Of a stretch of DNA of 64,000 bases, positions 28,442-39,259 are shown piece after piece. The DNA comes from Octopus vulgaris (taxonomy: Eukaryota): positions 7,440,001 to 7,504,000 of the forward strand of contig OX597818.1 of the NCBI GenBank assembly GCA_951406725.2, in the 5' to 3' direction. Each line of letters opens with the position of its first letter. Within the stretch, counting starts at the first letter, position 1. The notes under the pieces were generated by a model. The model was not told the origin of the DNA, searched no databases, and saw only the letters and a list, made by a program, of their open reading frames with translations. The position numbers were made by a program, and so were the translations under genes.

Positions 28442-28741
28442 AAATACCTTTAAAGGTTAAATTTATAAACAACTTATAAATAAGGGCAAACGAAAAAATT
28501 TATAATGCCAAATATGCCGAAACTAGACACATTGTCCATAACCATATAATTTAGAAATTTCTGTCGAGTAGCGTGCTTATTGTGATAAATTATATGGTTA
28601 TGGACAATGTGTCTAGTTTCGGCATATTTGGCATTAGAAATTTTTTCGCTAGCCCTTATTTATAAGTTATATTGGCATTATAAATTTTTTCGTTTGCCCT
28701 TATTTATAAGTTGTTTATAAATTTAACCTTTAAAGGTATTT
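28442..28741. repeat. long palindrome (arms ~110 bp, ~32 bp spacer)
   Basis: 28442-28553 is the reverse complement of 28586-28741, apart from a ~45 bp duplication in the right arm. Confidence 0.92.
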
Positions 28742-28805
28742 TTTAATATGCTGGCCATTGATAAAACTTTCTTTTTCGAAATAATTTTATCCTACATTAG
28801 ACGTA

Positions 28806-28881
<76 letters not shown>

Positions 28882-28949
28882 TATATACATATACATATAT
28901 GTATGCATGCATATGTATATGCCTATGTTGATGCACACACACACACAGG

Positions 28950-29752
28950 GAATTGTTAGCGAACTGAACTACAGTGTGACCGGAAGAGAGGAGGTGAGGG
29001 AATCCTAGCGGAAGATGGCAAACTGGGAGGCTCCAGGTATACGTGGGTGTAGAGTGGAGGAAACTGAAAGTGCATGAAGCTAAGTTTAAGGTGTCGAGAG
29101 ATGCAATGGCTGGTAGGATGGCAGGATGAATGGGAATATATATGCTACGATGTTAGAGGAGGTGAATGTTTTTAAGTATCTGGGTTCAAATGTGCCGTTA
29201 GATGTGGGGTTGGCTGAGAAAGTGGGATACAGAGGGAGGGAGGGGAGTAAGATACTCGCAGTTGTGAAAGGTATGCTGAGAGATATAAGGTTGATTATGA
29301 AAGTGAAAAGAGGCGTGTATGAGGGCGTGATTGTACGGACAATGTTATGTAGTGCTGAGACATGGAAGTGCAGATACGTGGCTGAAAGAGGCAGAAAGGC
29401 GCGTCTAAATGTGTTTGAGATGAGATATCTGAGGGCTATAGTTGGGTTGGCATGGCTGGACTGGATGAAGAATGAGGAGGTGCACAGTCTGGCAGGACTG
29501 AGAGAACAACTGGCAACCAAATTGGATAGACGAATGTCGAAGTGACTTGGTAACTTGGATAGGATGGGTGAGGGGCGGATGGTAAGGAGTGTGATGAAGG
29601 TGGAACTGGTAGGCAGTAGAACAAGAGGCATACCTCAGTTTGTGTGGATGGATGAGGTGAAGAAAGCTTTGGTGGTTAGAGTTGTTGGCGTGAGAGAGGC
29701 AAGAGCGTTTATAAATGATAGGAAGGCTTGGAAAGTGTTTGTGGACGGATGA
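28950..29752 (+). mobile_element. RTE-clade LINE, 3' fragment
   Basis: LEEVNVFKYLGS, VYEGVIVRTMLCSAETW, LNVFEMRYLRAIVG...NEEV, and RM...RMVRSVM...GSRTRGIPQFVWMDEVK (ORFs 29126-29545 and 29555-29752) are typical RTE post-RT motifs. Confidence 0.88.
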
Positions 29753-29759
29753 GTCAAAT

Positions 29760-29918
29760 TTGATGTTACTCAAAGGAGTACGGAACGAGCATGAGACGGC
29801 TGAGGTAAACCAGCTTATACTGTCGGGCCCCGTTGCTGATATTGGAGGTTGTATTCTATGCCTTGACCCGAGTATTGAACGACGCTCGTCCATTTGAGTT
29901 GGGAAATGAATGGAATAT
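29760..29918. repeat. ~160 bp direct repeat, copy 2
   Basis: See 28251-28409. Confidence 0.95.
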
Positions 29919-30099
29919 ATCTTGTTGTGGCTATCCCACCTAAAAATGGGGAATATACCTAGGTATATATATATGTACAAATATAGGTTACAAACCTCAT
30001 TCAAGGATAGCAAAATCCTATGAAAGTACTGGGCTTAGATACCTATACAAAGAATATTGAACACTACAGTTAACACTCAACTGCAAGGTAACTATATAA

Positions 30100-30540
30100 A
30101 CCGTGGTTCATAAATATCTATTTACTAGAATAAGATGAGAAAATGGAGAGGTAATTAATAAATTATTATTTATTAATTAAAAAATTGACATCTCTTACAG
30201 CTATTTCAATTCCAGAGCTTCAGAAAATTAATTAATTAAATTAAAAATTATTTGGAAGTGGAATCTCTTCAGAGGTAGTTTAAGTTATACAAAATATGTG
30301 TTTATTTCCTGCATGTTGAGTAAACAGCTGCAAACCATTACCTGAGTATCTTAACATATTTACATCCGGTATCTCACCAAGCGAACACTGCATATCTGAA
30401 ATCTTTAAATTAAACCTTTGTCTAATAGTTCTTTATCTTTATTAGTCTACCTCTGTAATAAGGCTTAAATATACAAGGGATTTGGTAAACTAGTCTATAA
30501 ATTTAAAAAATGATCCCATAAAAAAACAAAAAAAATCAGT
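30100..30540 (-). mobile_element. Penelope-like element 3' remnant
   Basis: Minus strand shows a decayed GIY-YIG-type tail (ELLDKG...C...STCR...KHIF) followed by a hammerhead-like motif. Confidence 0.45.
30189..30278 (-). ncRNA. putative (degenerate) type I hammerhead ribozyme
   Basis: Minus strand: CTGAAGA-GATTCCA...TGGAATT-GAAA-TAGCTGTA-AGAG. This gives the core boxes, stem II and a near-palindromic minimal stem III as in Penelope hammerheads; stem I is imperfect. Confidence 0.5.
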
Positions 30541-30575
30541 GACAGGCAGTGTCTTGTAGATTTTACTTACGGCTA

Positions 30576-30976
30576 TACTCTCTTTACTCTTTACTCTTTT
30601 ACTTGTTTAAGTCATTTGAGTGCGGCCATGCTGGAGCACCGCCTTTAGTCGAGCAAATCGACCCCGGGACTTATTCTTTGTAAGCCCAGTACTTATACTA
30701 TCGGTCTCTTTTGCCGAACCGCTAAGTGACGGGGACGTAAACACACCAGCATCGGTTGTCAAGCAATGCTAGGGGGACAAACACAGACACACAAACATAT
30801 ACACACACACTTATATATATATATATATATATATACGACAGGCTTTTTTCAGTTTCCGTCTACCAAATCCACTCACAAGGCATTGGTCGGCCCGGGGCTA
30901 TACGAGAAGACACTTGCCCAAGATGCCACGCAGTGGGACTGAACCCGGAACCATGAGGTTGGTTAGCAAGCTACTT
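30576..30976 (-). mobile_element. SINE family A, 3' part (split by insertion)
   Basis: Well-preserved tail, CORE-like block and B box; stops at GGTTAGCAAGCTACTT and resumes at 33232. Confidence 0.93.
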
Positions 30977-33231
30977 TATTTCAAAACATTTGCCATAAAG
31001 GCAGTACACAGATTAAGTTAGCTTTGCGGGCTGGACGAAGACATTAATGAAGTGAATGATAATGAAAGACAGATGATAAGGATGGGAGAAGACAAAAAGT
31101 GCCCGCCGACTTTCGCTTCTCTAAAACATTGTTCTTTTTAAAGATAAACACAAAACGAGGTATTAAACCTCTTACAATTTTTCCAATTTTTGGACTTAGC
31201 AGTCCATTATTAATAAAAATACAAAACGAGGTATTAAACCTCTTACAATTTTTCAATTTTTGGACTTAGCAGTCCATTATTAATACTAACAGTTCAATAA
31301 TTACATATCGTCCTCGAAATAGCTTGTGCCCGCGCCCTCCACCATCAACCACACCTCCCTCAGAACGTAATCAAGTTCCGAGTTCGCGTCGCCCGGGACC
31401 AAGCTATAATCTTCATTGAGCTCCTTTAGCCCAAGCGTTACGTCGAACGCCACGGCCTCCACAGCTATCTGCGGAGGCCATTCGGGGTCCTGTGTGAAGG
31501 CTAAAGGTGCTCCCTTGTGGTGCTCCTCCATCATTTTTTTTTCAATTTCTCCTCCTCTATAGAAGAGGACCAATACGTTCAGTTCTTTCGTTGGCGGCAC
31601 AGTTCCCGCCAACGGTATTCCTTCTCTTGTCGGTGGCACAACCCCAACCGACGTAGTTCCGGGACATTCCGGTGCTACACTGACAACCGGTAATGTCCCG
31701 TTTTTCTTCCTCTTTTCTTTTTTTTTCCCTTTTCAACTGAGGGAGGGTGCGTCTCCTCCGTGGCTGGAAGATTCGCCTTCCTCTCCTCATCCCTATTATC
31801 CTTTGGTGAGCACCCATTGTTGCTCACCTTCCTCTTTCGGCCTCTGTTTGAGGAGTCCGCTGCTTTCTCGGCCGTTATCGTTCCCTCTTCTAGAGGGGTT
31901 TTACTTAACTGTTCCGGGATCCTATTTTGTTCCCGAGGACAGTTCTTCTTTATGTGGCAGGATTCCAAGCACCGATGACACTTAGGGGGGTGACCCTCAA
32001 GCATCACCGGGTACCTGCACCCGGCCATTTTCAAAAAATCTGGAAGAACCAGATTGGCTGATTGGGTCCACAGGGTCAAAATTGCTTTTGACCCAACCCA
32101 AGCAGCCGCAGGAAGAACTTTTACATTAAGGAGCTTAGTTTCGCTGCCACCCAGACCCCGGCGGATAGTCTCCTCTATCCACTCGGGTTCTATGTCGGGT
32201 GGCAGTCCGCAAATCCAAGCTTTCATCAATTTCTTTTTTTGTACGTGGGCAGGAATAAGATTTCCTTACCCTCCAGGGGTTTGCTAGCAAATTTGCAAGC
32301 CTCTTCAGGGGTGTCAAATAGCAACCACACCGTTGCATATTTGACACCCCTGGAAATGAATTTAATTGTTGGCAAATACTCTTCCAACTCCTTTTCAATT
32401 GCCGTCTTTTCGAATAGGGCGATGGTGTCGAGTGCCTTGGAGTAGGTTCTCAACACCACCGTCCTATCTTCACGGTCTTTTAACCACTTTTTAGGTGGTA
32501 TGATTTCCCATTCCAAGATTTTGTTATTTTTCATTGCCATGTTTTTTTTAAAATATATTCAAATTAAACTCAAAAGGCAAGAAGAAAAAAGTTCAAAAGT
32601 CCAAATAAAATTTGATAGATTTTTGAAAAAACTAAAAGGAGAAAGCACAACAGAAGGGAAGAAATCAACGGAAAGTCGCAATAAAGAAAAAAACAAAAGG
32701 GGGGGTTAAATGAAGTTCAAAAGAAAGTTAATAAACAGAAAAAACACAGCAAAAATATTCTGGCCTTGCGGTACTCCCGGCCTGGGTTGAACCTGGAACG
32801 CCGCAACTGCAACACAACCTCCACAAAAATGGGTCCGAAAGGTAATCCAATAGTGGCTTATTTTTATAATTTTCTTGCGAAGTACTCTGACAAGGGAATA
32901 AATTCAACACACCCAAACACAGCACTGGCTACCGCCAACGGTAATTTTAACAGTAACTGTATTGAATTCCAAGGATACGCCCCTCCACTGTTTTTTCTTT
33001 TTTTTTCAATGAACACAAAAACGGCAGCCGCCGAGAGCAGGCGAAATTGTCTCAGAGTTGGACACAACTTACTGAAATAATAATTGGCACGCAATAAATT
33101 ATGCCCAACTCACAATAAACAAAATCACTTACCTCGACAACTTTCCGTTTTTGGTCTTTTTTCTTTAATTGGACGGAGCTGGTTGACTCGCGTCCACTCT
33201 GGCTGAACAGGAAGCAACTGTCTAACTGCGT
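30977..33231 (-). mobile_element. ORF1-only Tx1/L1-like non-LTR retroelement, copy 1, inserted in a SINE head
   Basis: Perfect 15 bp TSD GTTAGCAAGCTACTT (30962-30976 and 33232-33246), ~690 nt 5' UTR, a single gag-like ORF, ~320 nt 3' UTR and no RT or endonuclease; homologous to 52190-54160. Confidence 0.88.
31301..32540 (-). CDS. ORF1/gag-like nucleic-acid-binding protein (RRM-like + CCHC knuckle), two frameshifts in A-runs
   Basis: ORFs 32226-32540, 31675-32229 and 31301-31639 join into ~413 aa if one base is added to each of the T7 (32234-32240) and T9 (31718-31726) runs. Motifs: TVWLLFDTPEEA, KAWICGLPPDIEPEWI, CHRCLESCHIKKNC. Confidence 0.75.
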
Positions 33232-33270
33232 GTTAGCAAGCTACTTACCACACAGCCACTCCTTCGCCTA
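33232..33270 (-). mobile_element. SINE family A, 5' head (split by insertion)
   Basis: Reverse complement TAGGCGAAGGAGTGGCTGTGTGGTAAGTAGCTTGCTAAC, containing the A box. Confidence 0.93.
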
Positions 33271-33499
33271 TACTGTTGTAGGTTCTTTGTCTATCTCCTT
33301 AACTTCTTGGATATTTTAGGTATAATTATACTAATGTGTCCATCTGTTCTAATTTAATTAAATTCTATGCCTTTCTGCAGCTAAAAATTGCTCTAAATTT
33401 TAAATTGATGTAATGATTGCTTTGTTCAATTAATTGGAATTGCATGAAACGATCGTACTGCATTACGTCTGGGTATTCTTGTTGCTTATTTTGATTATG

Positions 33500-33551
<52 letters not shown>

Positions 33552-33553
<2 letters not shown>

Positions 33554-34095
33554 GTCAGGTCATTTTCGAGTGCTACTGGTAACATGTAACCCAGTACAAC
33601 CTGTTGCATGGTCTCGGGTCATCGGCAACTAAACCGGCAACCCTACCAAGCTTGCTTGGTGAGGAGGGTGTTTATTGGACACCCTGCAGGATGAAAAACA
33701 AAACCCATCAAAAGGCGGAGGAACTCTTGAGAGTGAACGGCCATCCAATAAATGTCTTAAGGCTGTATCATGCGCGGGGACATAGAAATAATTGGACTGA
33801 AAACCCGATCGCGCGGTTAAATAATTGGGAGTGAAGGACTCCTAGCCTTTGTTAGGGCATCCTTCTAGGAGAATGTAACTCAGGTGACTGGGATAACTCC
33901 GATATAAAATCTGCGGCTTAGTGGTTACCGATGATGTTGACTTGTTCTTCTTTTCGGATTATGGCTGCTGTTGCTTAGTGAGTGGGTTTGACTCAGTGCA
34001 CAGCCTTTCGTGATTTTAAAAAATCTTCTTGCACAGGCACTGCACGATAACAACGTTGATTAATCTTCGTGCAATGGATAACGAGGGGGCAGCCA

Positions 34096-34097
<2 letters not shown>
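33552..34097 (+). mobile_element. non-coding element probably derived from an RTE 5' UTR
   Basis: Motif AGGGCATCCTTCTAGGAGAATGTAACTC at 33854-33881 resembles the recurrent RTE 5'-UTR motif; flanked by (TA)n on both sides. Confidence 0.5.
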
Positions 34098-34160
<63 letters not shown>

Positions 34161-34874
34161 TACATACATACATACATACATACATACATACATACATACA
34201 CACACACACATACATACATACATAAATATGTATATATATCTATATATATATTTATATGAAAGTGACTTTCTGTCTGTCTGTCCCAGAAACGTAATTTAGA
34301 CATCATCTCATTTATACGCCTGGGTGTTTTGTCTACTTTCACCAGCAGAGCAGAACTCTAAAGAAATAGCGGCGTTATATTTTTCTGCCCGTTTCCCTCT
34401 TTTTCCCTCTTTAAAAGAAGACAAACACATACACCCACGAACACAAACACGCACACAACCACGCACACTGACACACACAAACACACATACACACACAAAC
34501 ACACACACACACACTCATACACACACACACGTATATTCATTCATGTTACAGATACACTTATGTTTCTAACATCTCCGATCAGATATAAATATAAAAATTG
34601 CTTTCACATAAGCAGAGACAATCTGACAGTGAAGCTATAATCACACAAACACAAATTCACAGCGAAACGAAATTCATCATCGACACACCAACAAAAAGAC
34701 AACCACACAAGGCTTTGCCCGGCATTCTTGTTATACAGCCTTGGAATTTCAGCAAAAGCGTTGACACCATTCAGCATTTGTAAATTCATTTCCCTATTAC
34801 TTACTGATATTCACATATCATTAGTACGTTCATTTCACAACAACTTACTGCTTTTCCTTATCAAAAGCATTTCT

Positions 34875-35188
34875 CATTGTAAAATATTCAACTCAAAAGT
34901 TCAAAAATTCAAATTAAATTCAATAATAAACACAAAAAAACGAATTTTCAGGAGAGATACACCTCCCAAAACAAACTGAGACTTTAAGCACGACCACTAG
35001 CAGATAAATGCATGGAACCAAGTGGAGACCTCTCGTTTGACAAAAAATAAATAATACGAACAACAGACACCCACTAGGTCCCCCCAGAACAGATGTCTTA
35101 CCTAGTAGTCGTGTTTCACTATTTCACGACGCTGACACACACCGACGTGATTTCCACCGCGAAAAAAACGCGTCCGCTCTGTACTGAA
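34875..35188 (-). mobile_element. 5' UTR remnant of the same ORF1-only element family, copy 3
   Basis: Starts TTCAGTACAGAGCGGACGCG (copy 1: TTCAGCCAGAGTGGACGCG) directly after SINE head ...GGTAAGTAGCTTGCTTAC. Collinear with the copy 2 5' UTR; ends ...TTTTTGAACTTTTGAGTTGAATATTTTACAATG like the pre-ATG region of copy 1. Confidence 0.7.
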
Positions 35189-35227
35189 GTAAGCAAGCTA
35201 CTTACCACACAGCCACTCCTACGGCTA
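35189..35227 (-). mobile_element. SINE family A 5' head, broken at the common target site
   Basis: GTAAGCAAGCTACTTACCACACAGCCACTCCTACGGCTA. Confidence 0.88.
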
Positions 35228-35283
35228 TTAAAGGAAATGAACGGCTGTTTTGTCCGTTTGCGCATGTGTAGATTTTTAGTCCA

Positions 35284-35494
35284 CTCTACTCTAGGCACAA
35301 GGCCCGGAAATTTGGGGGGAGGGGGTCAGTCGATTAGATCGATTCAGTACGCAACTGGTACTTAATTTATCAACCCTGAAAAGATGAAAGGCAAAATTGA
35401 CTTCGGCGGAATTTGAACTCAGAACGTAAAGACAGACGAAATGCCGCTAAGCATTTCGCCCGGCGTACTAACGTTTCTGCAAGCTCGCCACCTT
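35284..35494 (-). mobile_element. SINE family B (Meta-domain-like), full length
   Basis: Minus strand: GGTGGCGAGCTTGCAGAAACGTTAG...GAGTTCAAATTCCGCCGAAGTCAATTTTGCCTTTCATCTTTTCAGGGTTGATAAATTAAGTACCAG...GGGCCTTGTGCCTAGAGTAGA. Confidence 0.88.
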
Positions 35495-37071
35495 ATTACA
35501 TAATTCCGCCCCACTCAAAAAAAAAAGAAAGAAAAAGAAAGAGAGATTTATAACGTTGCTAGAAGTCCTTACTAAAATATATTTTTGTCAAGCTACCCCA
35601 ATCACTCCAGCTTGTCTAGTACATGATTATGTTACTTAGAGACAGACGTAAAATTATTAGTATATATCGAGAAAACATCGAAGGCTAATTAAAATAGCAT
35701 GCCGAAAACTTAAATGAAAAGAGGATGCGTTCTCTTAATAGGATATACTTAGAGAATCACAAGCACAGAAAAGTCTAATATTTACATCTTCGAAGACAAC
35801 TTTAGTTTATGATTGCATAAACCTGAACTATTTTCGTGAAAAAAAAAAAAAATAATAATTACCGCTTTAACCACACAATTTAAAGACGATTGTATAAAAC
35901 GTTTCGATATTCAATGCGCATTTAACTAAATAGCACAGGCTATATAAATAAAGCGAAGTAGTGTCAGAAAGAACCATACACCAAAGGAATATATAGTTTA
36001 GACATTAATCGGAAATACTATCAAATATTTCCTGCTAATTTGCCAGATCGAAATAGAGCATGATTGTTCTAATGAACCCAGATAATTCGACCGGAAGATT
36101 ACAATATACGCCTCGACGTATAGAGTAACCACAATTCTATTATCAAAAAACGATAGTGGTAGTTATGGCATTTGATGAACGTCTCTTTAGTAAGATATTT
36201 GAAGTAATGGAAAATAGGCATCACCTTCATTATGCATATTGTTCGTGTGAATGTCTGTGTGCCTGGGAGCATCTGTATTTTTGTTGCTGAAAATATTAAC
36301 TGACTATGATTTACAGCGGTTATATATCATAAAAGAAAGAAGAACGATGTTAGAAAATATCTGCGCCTCTACTGAAAAGAAATTCTATTTTAAGAATGTT
36401 CACATCGAAAGAATATTGGGCTATTAACCTGCAGTTCTTCAACAGTCCATAAACCGTTCAATTGTTCTATACAAATGTGAAAAAATAAAGCATAAATAAT
36501 GGCGACAAACGGTTGTAATTTGAGATTGGGTGAATGAGGAAGATGTTTGCTATTTTCTCGAATAAAGGCTATAAACATGGAGCAGAAATGTTTTAATTTA
36601 GGTTTGTTGAAGAGGAAGAAATTTGTAATTTTACAAACATTGATTGAAAAGAAAGGAAGAAGGGAGGGAACAAAGGAGAAAGTATAAGTGTTTAGGAAAT
36701 TTTATCAGCTTTTTATTATTTTGCATTATCATCACAATATTTTTTTTATATTTTACCAAACCATTAATGATAAGGAAAATTAAAGTGAAGTCAACTGTGT
36801 ATTCACAAATGCAATAGATATTTCTAAGACGCATCTGTTCACTGGAGGAATGTTCACCACGCCTGTATATATGAACGTAATCATACATATGAATCACTTC
36901 ATATATTTAATATTTCAAATCTTCTCTGTCTCTGCCTTAGAGTATGCCATCTAAAATGTGTACACATACAAATATACAGTATGTTTCATATAATTATGAA
37001 GATGTGACCACATATATTAGAGTGGTGCTATGTTCGTATATGTATATTACATATGAGTATAAATATGCATG

Positions 37072-37146
<75 letters not shown>

Positions 37147-39259
37147 TGTGTCTGTGTGTGTTTGCATGTGTTTGCATTTGTGTGTAAGAGAGGGAAGAGA
37201 GAGAGAGAAAAAGAGAGAGAAAGACAATACATATGTATCAGCTACATGAAATAGAAGTAATATTAAAATTTATTAGTGGTCTATAGTGTAGTTAGAACAC
37301 TGAAATGCAAATCTATTCTACTTCGGTATTCGCCTGGAGATAACAACGCTTATGGATGGACTATAATTAAAGACATCATATATAATAGAAAATCCACAGC
37401 AAGCATCCCAAAGGTAACTTGCGAAATCACCAAATGTATCTCTACCAATATGGGCTCTGTCAATGTCGTGTACGCACAGTTAACTATATGCTTAGACGAG
37501 ATTTGTCAACACTTGTATAGAAGTAGACAGTGAATGACCGTTTGTTGGTATTACGAAAAGGCACCCGGCGAAATAAATCTCAGTTATATGCAAAGGAAGC
37601 ACTATTGAAATAAAATAGCCATCCACGTTTCATTAAGGTAAATGCGTCACTGAAAGGCAAGTGCAATACAGTGCTAATCTGCAGATAGCATCTCTTCCAG
37701 ACGTTTAAAAACACAATATACATCGAAGGGAGACGGAAATCGTCCACGGAGTATGTCGGTACAGTGATGTTTGAAATGCTTTTTTTGCTAAATGTTTGCT
37801 TTATCAGTAAGGAAATGCTGTTAAACAATAATATCAATCTCGAGACATCAATGTCTGAAATTATAGATGGTCGCTTAACAGAAATAGTAGCCATATTTCT
37901 ATAAAATCACATCAAACAATCTACAACATACACAGGATAATGTAAATTTAGATTCACCGCACTTTAAGCAACGATTGGATAATCATTACCGAAAAACAGT
38001 TGATATAAGGTATACTCCCGCAGGTCCTGCAAAGGACAAAAAATTATCATTATCAGTAAAAAGAACCCTGAATTAAGTAAAATATGTACCTAGACTAAGT
38101 GGGTATTATTATAAAGAATGTGACACAAACTAGATTATCCTTAATTCTGATGTATCACTAACGAATCTTTGGATTCGCTTATTCCTACAATTGATGTCAA
38201 TAACTTTCTCTGGTCATTATTTTCTTGTGTTTAGATATTATATCATTGTTTTTTCTTTTTGCAATTGAAGGATGTTCATTGCCTGATGTATGTCGAAATT
38301 TCTATCTAGTTGACCGCTGGTTTAATTTTAAGATCATTTTCATTAAGTCATTCTTGGTGGCAACTTTTGGAAAATCTAAAAAAAATCCGTTACATATTCG
38401 ATCAAAGACCACTTTAGGCAGACCTGATGTTCTTGGATAGGTTCCTATGAAGGTGAAGATGGATATTGTTGAAGTTACTCTGTGTTACGTTACTGCAGTT
38501 CCACATGATTAGGGTATAAAGAAGTGTGATACGAGATTTGTCGATGATAGTTTTGAGGTAAAAAATGAATAAGCATTTGATGGTTTTAAGAATAACTACT
38601 AGGGTAAATAAAACTCAGTTATAAGCAGTGAAAGAAAAAACCCAAACAAATATGTGTAAAAGGATTCCTTGATATCTCACTAGGCTACAAAGTTGGATAT
38701 ATAAACTGAGTATGCTGATGAATTATCTTCCTGTAGGTGAACATCTCATGTTTATTTACAGCATGAGCAGCGACATTAAGTTGCTTCTTGATGGAAATCT
38801 TGGTGGGAAGTCAATGCTTCAGTTTGACTTCCATTTTTAAGCTGATTAATCCAGTTATTTGTCCATCACATAGCCTGTCTTATTGGAATGCCGACAATAT
38901 ATCGTTGGAATTCCTTCTTGAATTTTGTATGAGTGTGTGTATATATATATAGATATATGTCTTTGATTATTCCAATCTGATTTGTGTAGCATCACCTCAT
39001 TCGAAGCAACCGTATCTAAAGCCGATGGATTTGCCCCTTATGCGTTCGGCTGCGGTTCCTTTAGAAAGATACACGAGTCAATAGGGGATAGTGAAGTAGA
39101 TTTTAGACATGAACGTTAGTTTCGAATATAGTTTAGTCAAATAAACAGATAAGCTGCCGCAGACCAGCAGCAGCTAGGTAACGCAGAAAAGTTAGTATGT
39201 GAAAATGCTGATTCAGGAAAACGTTGAATCTCAACGATGAGACGCTTAGAAGGCGATTT

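Noticed and set aside
29086-30013. Long minus-strand ORFs of 181 and 202 aa
   Set aside because: Antisense shadows of the RTE fragment and the adjacent repeat.
31150-31285. Repeat-spacer-like pattern (also 5929-5988 and 15933-15971)
   Set aside because: Simple tandem duplications without unique spacers or cas genes, in eukaryotic DNA; not CRISPR.
30977-33231. Interpretation as an LTR retrotransposon gag or as a host gene
   Set aside because: No LTRs, PBS/PPT or introns; a 15 bp TSD and conserved 3' tail fit target-primed (non-LTR) insertion.
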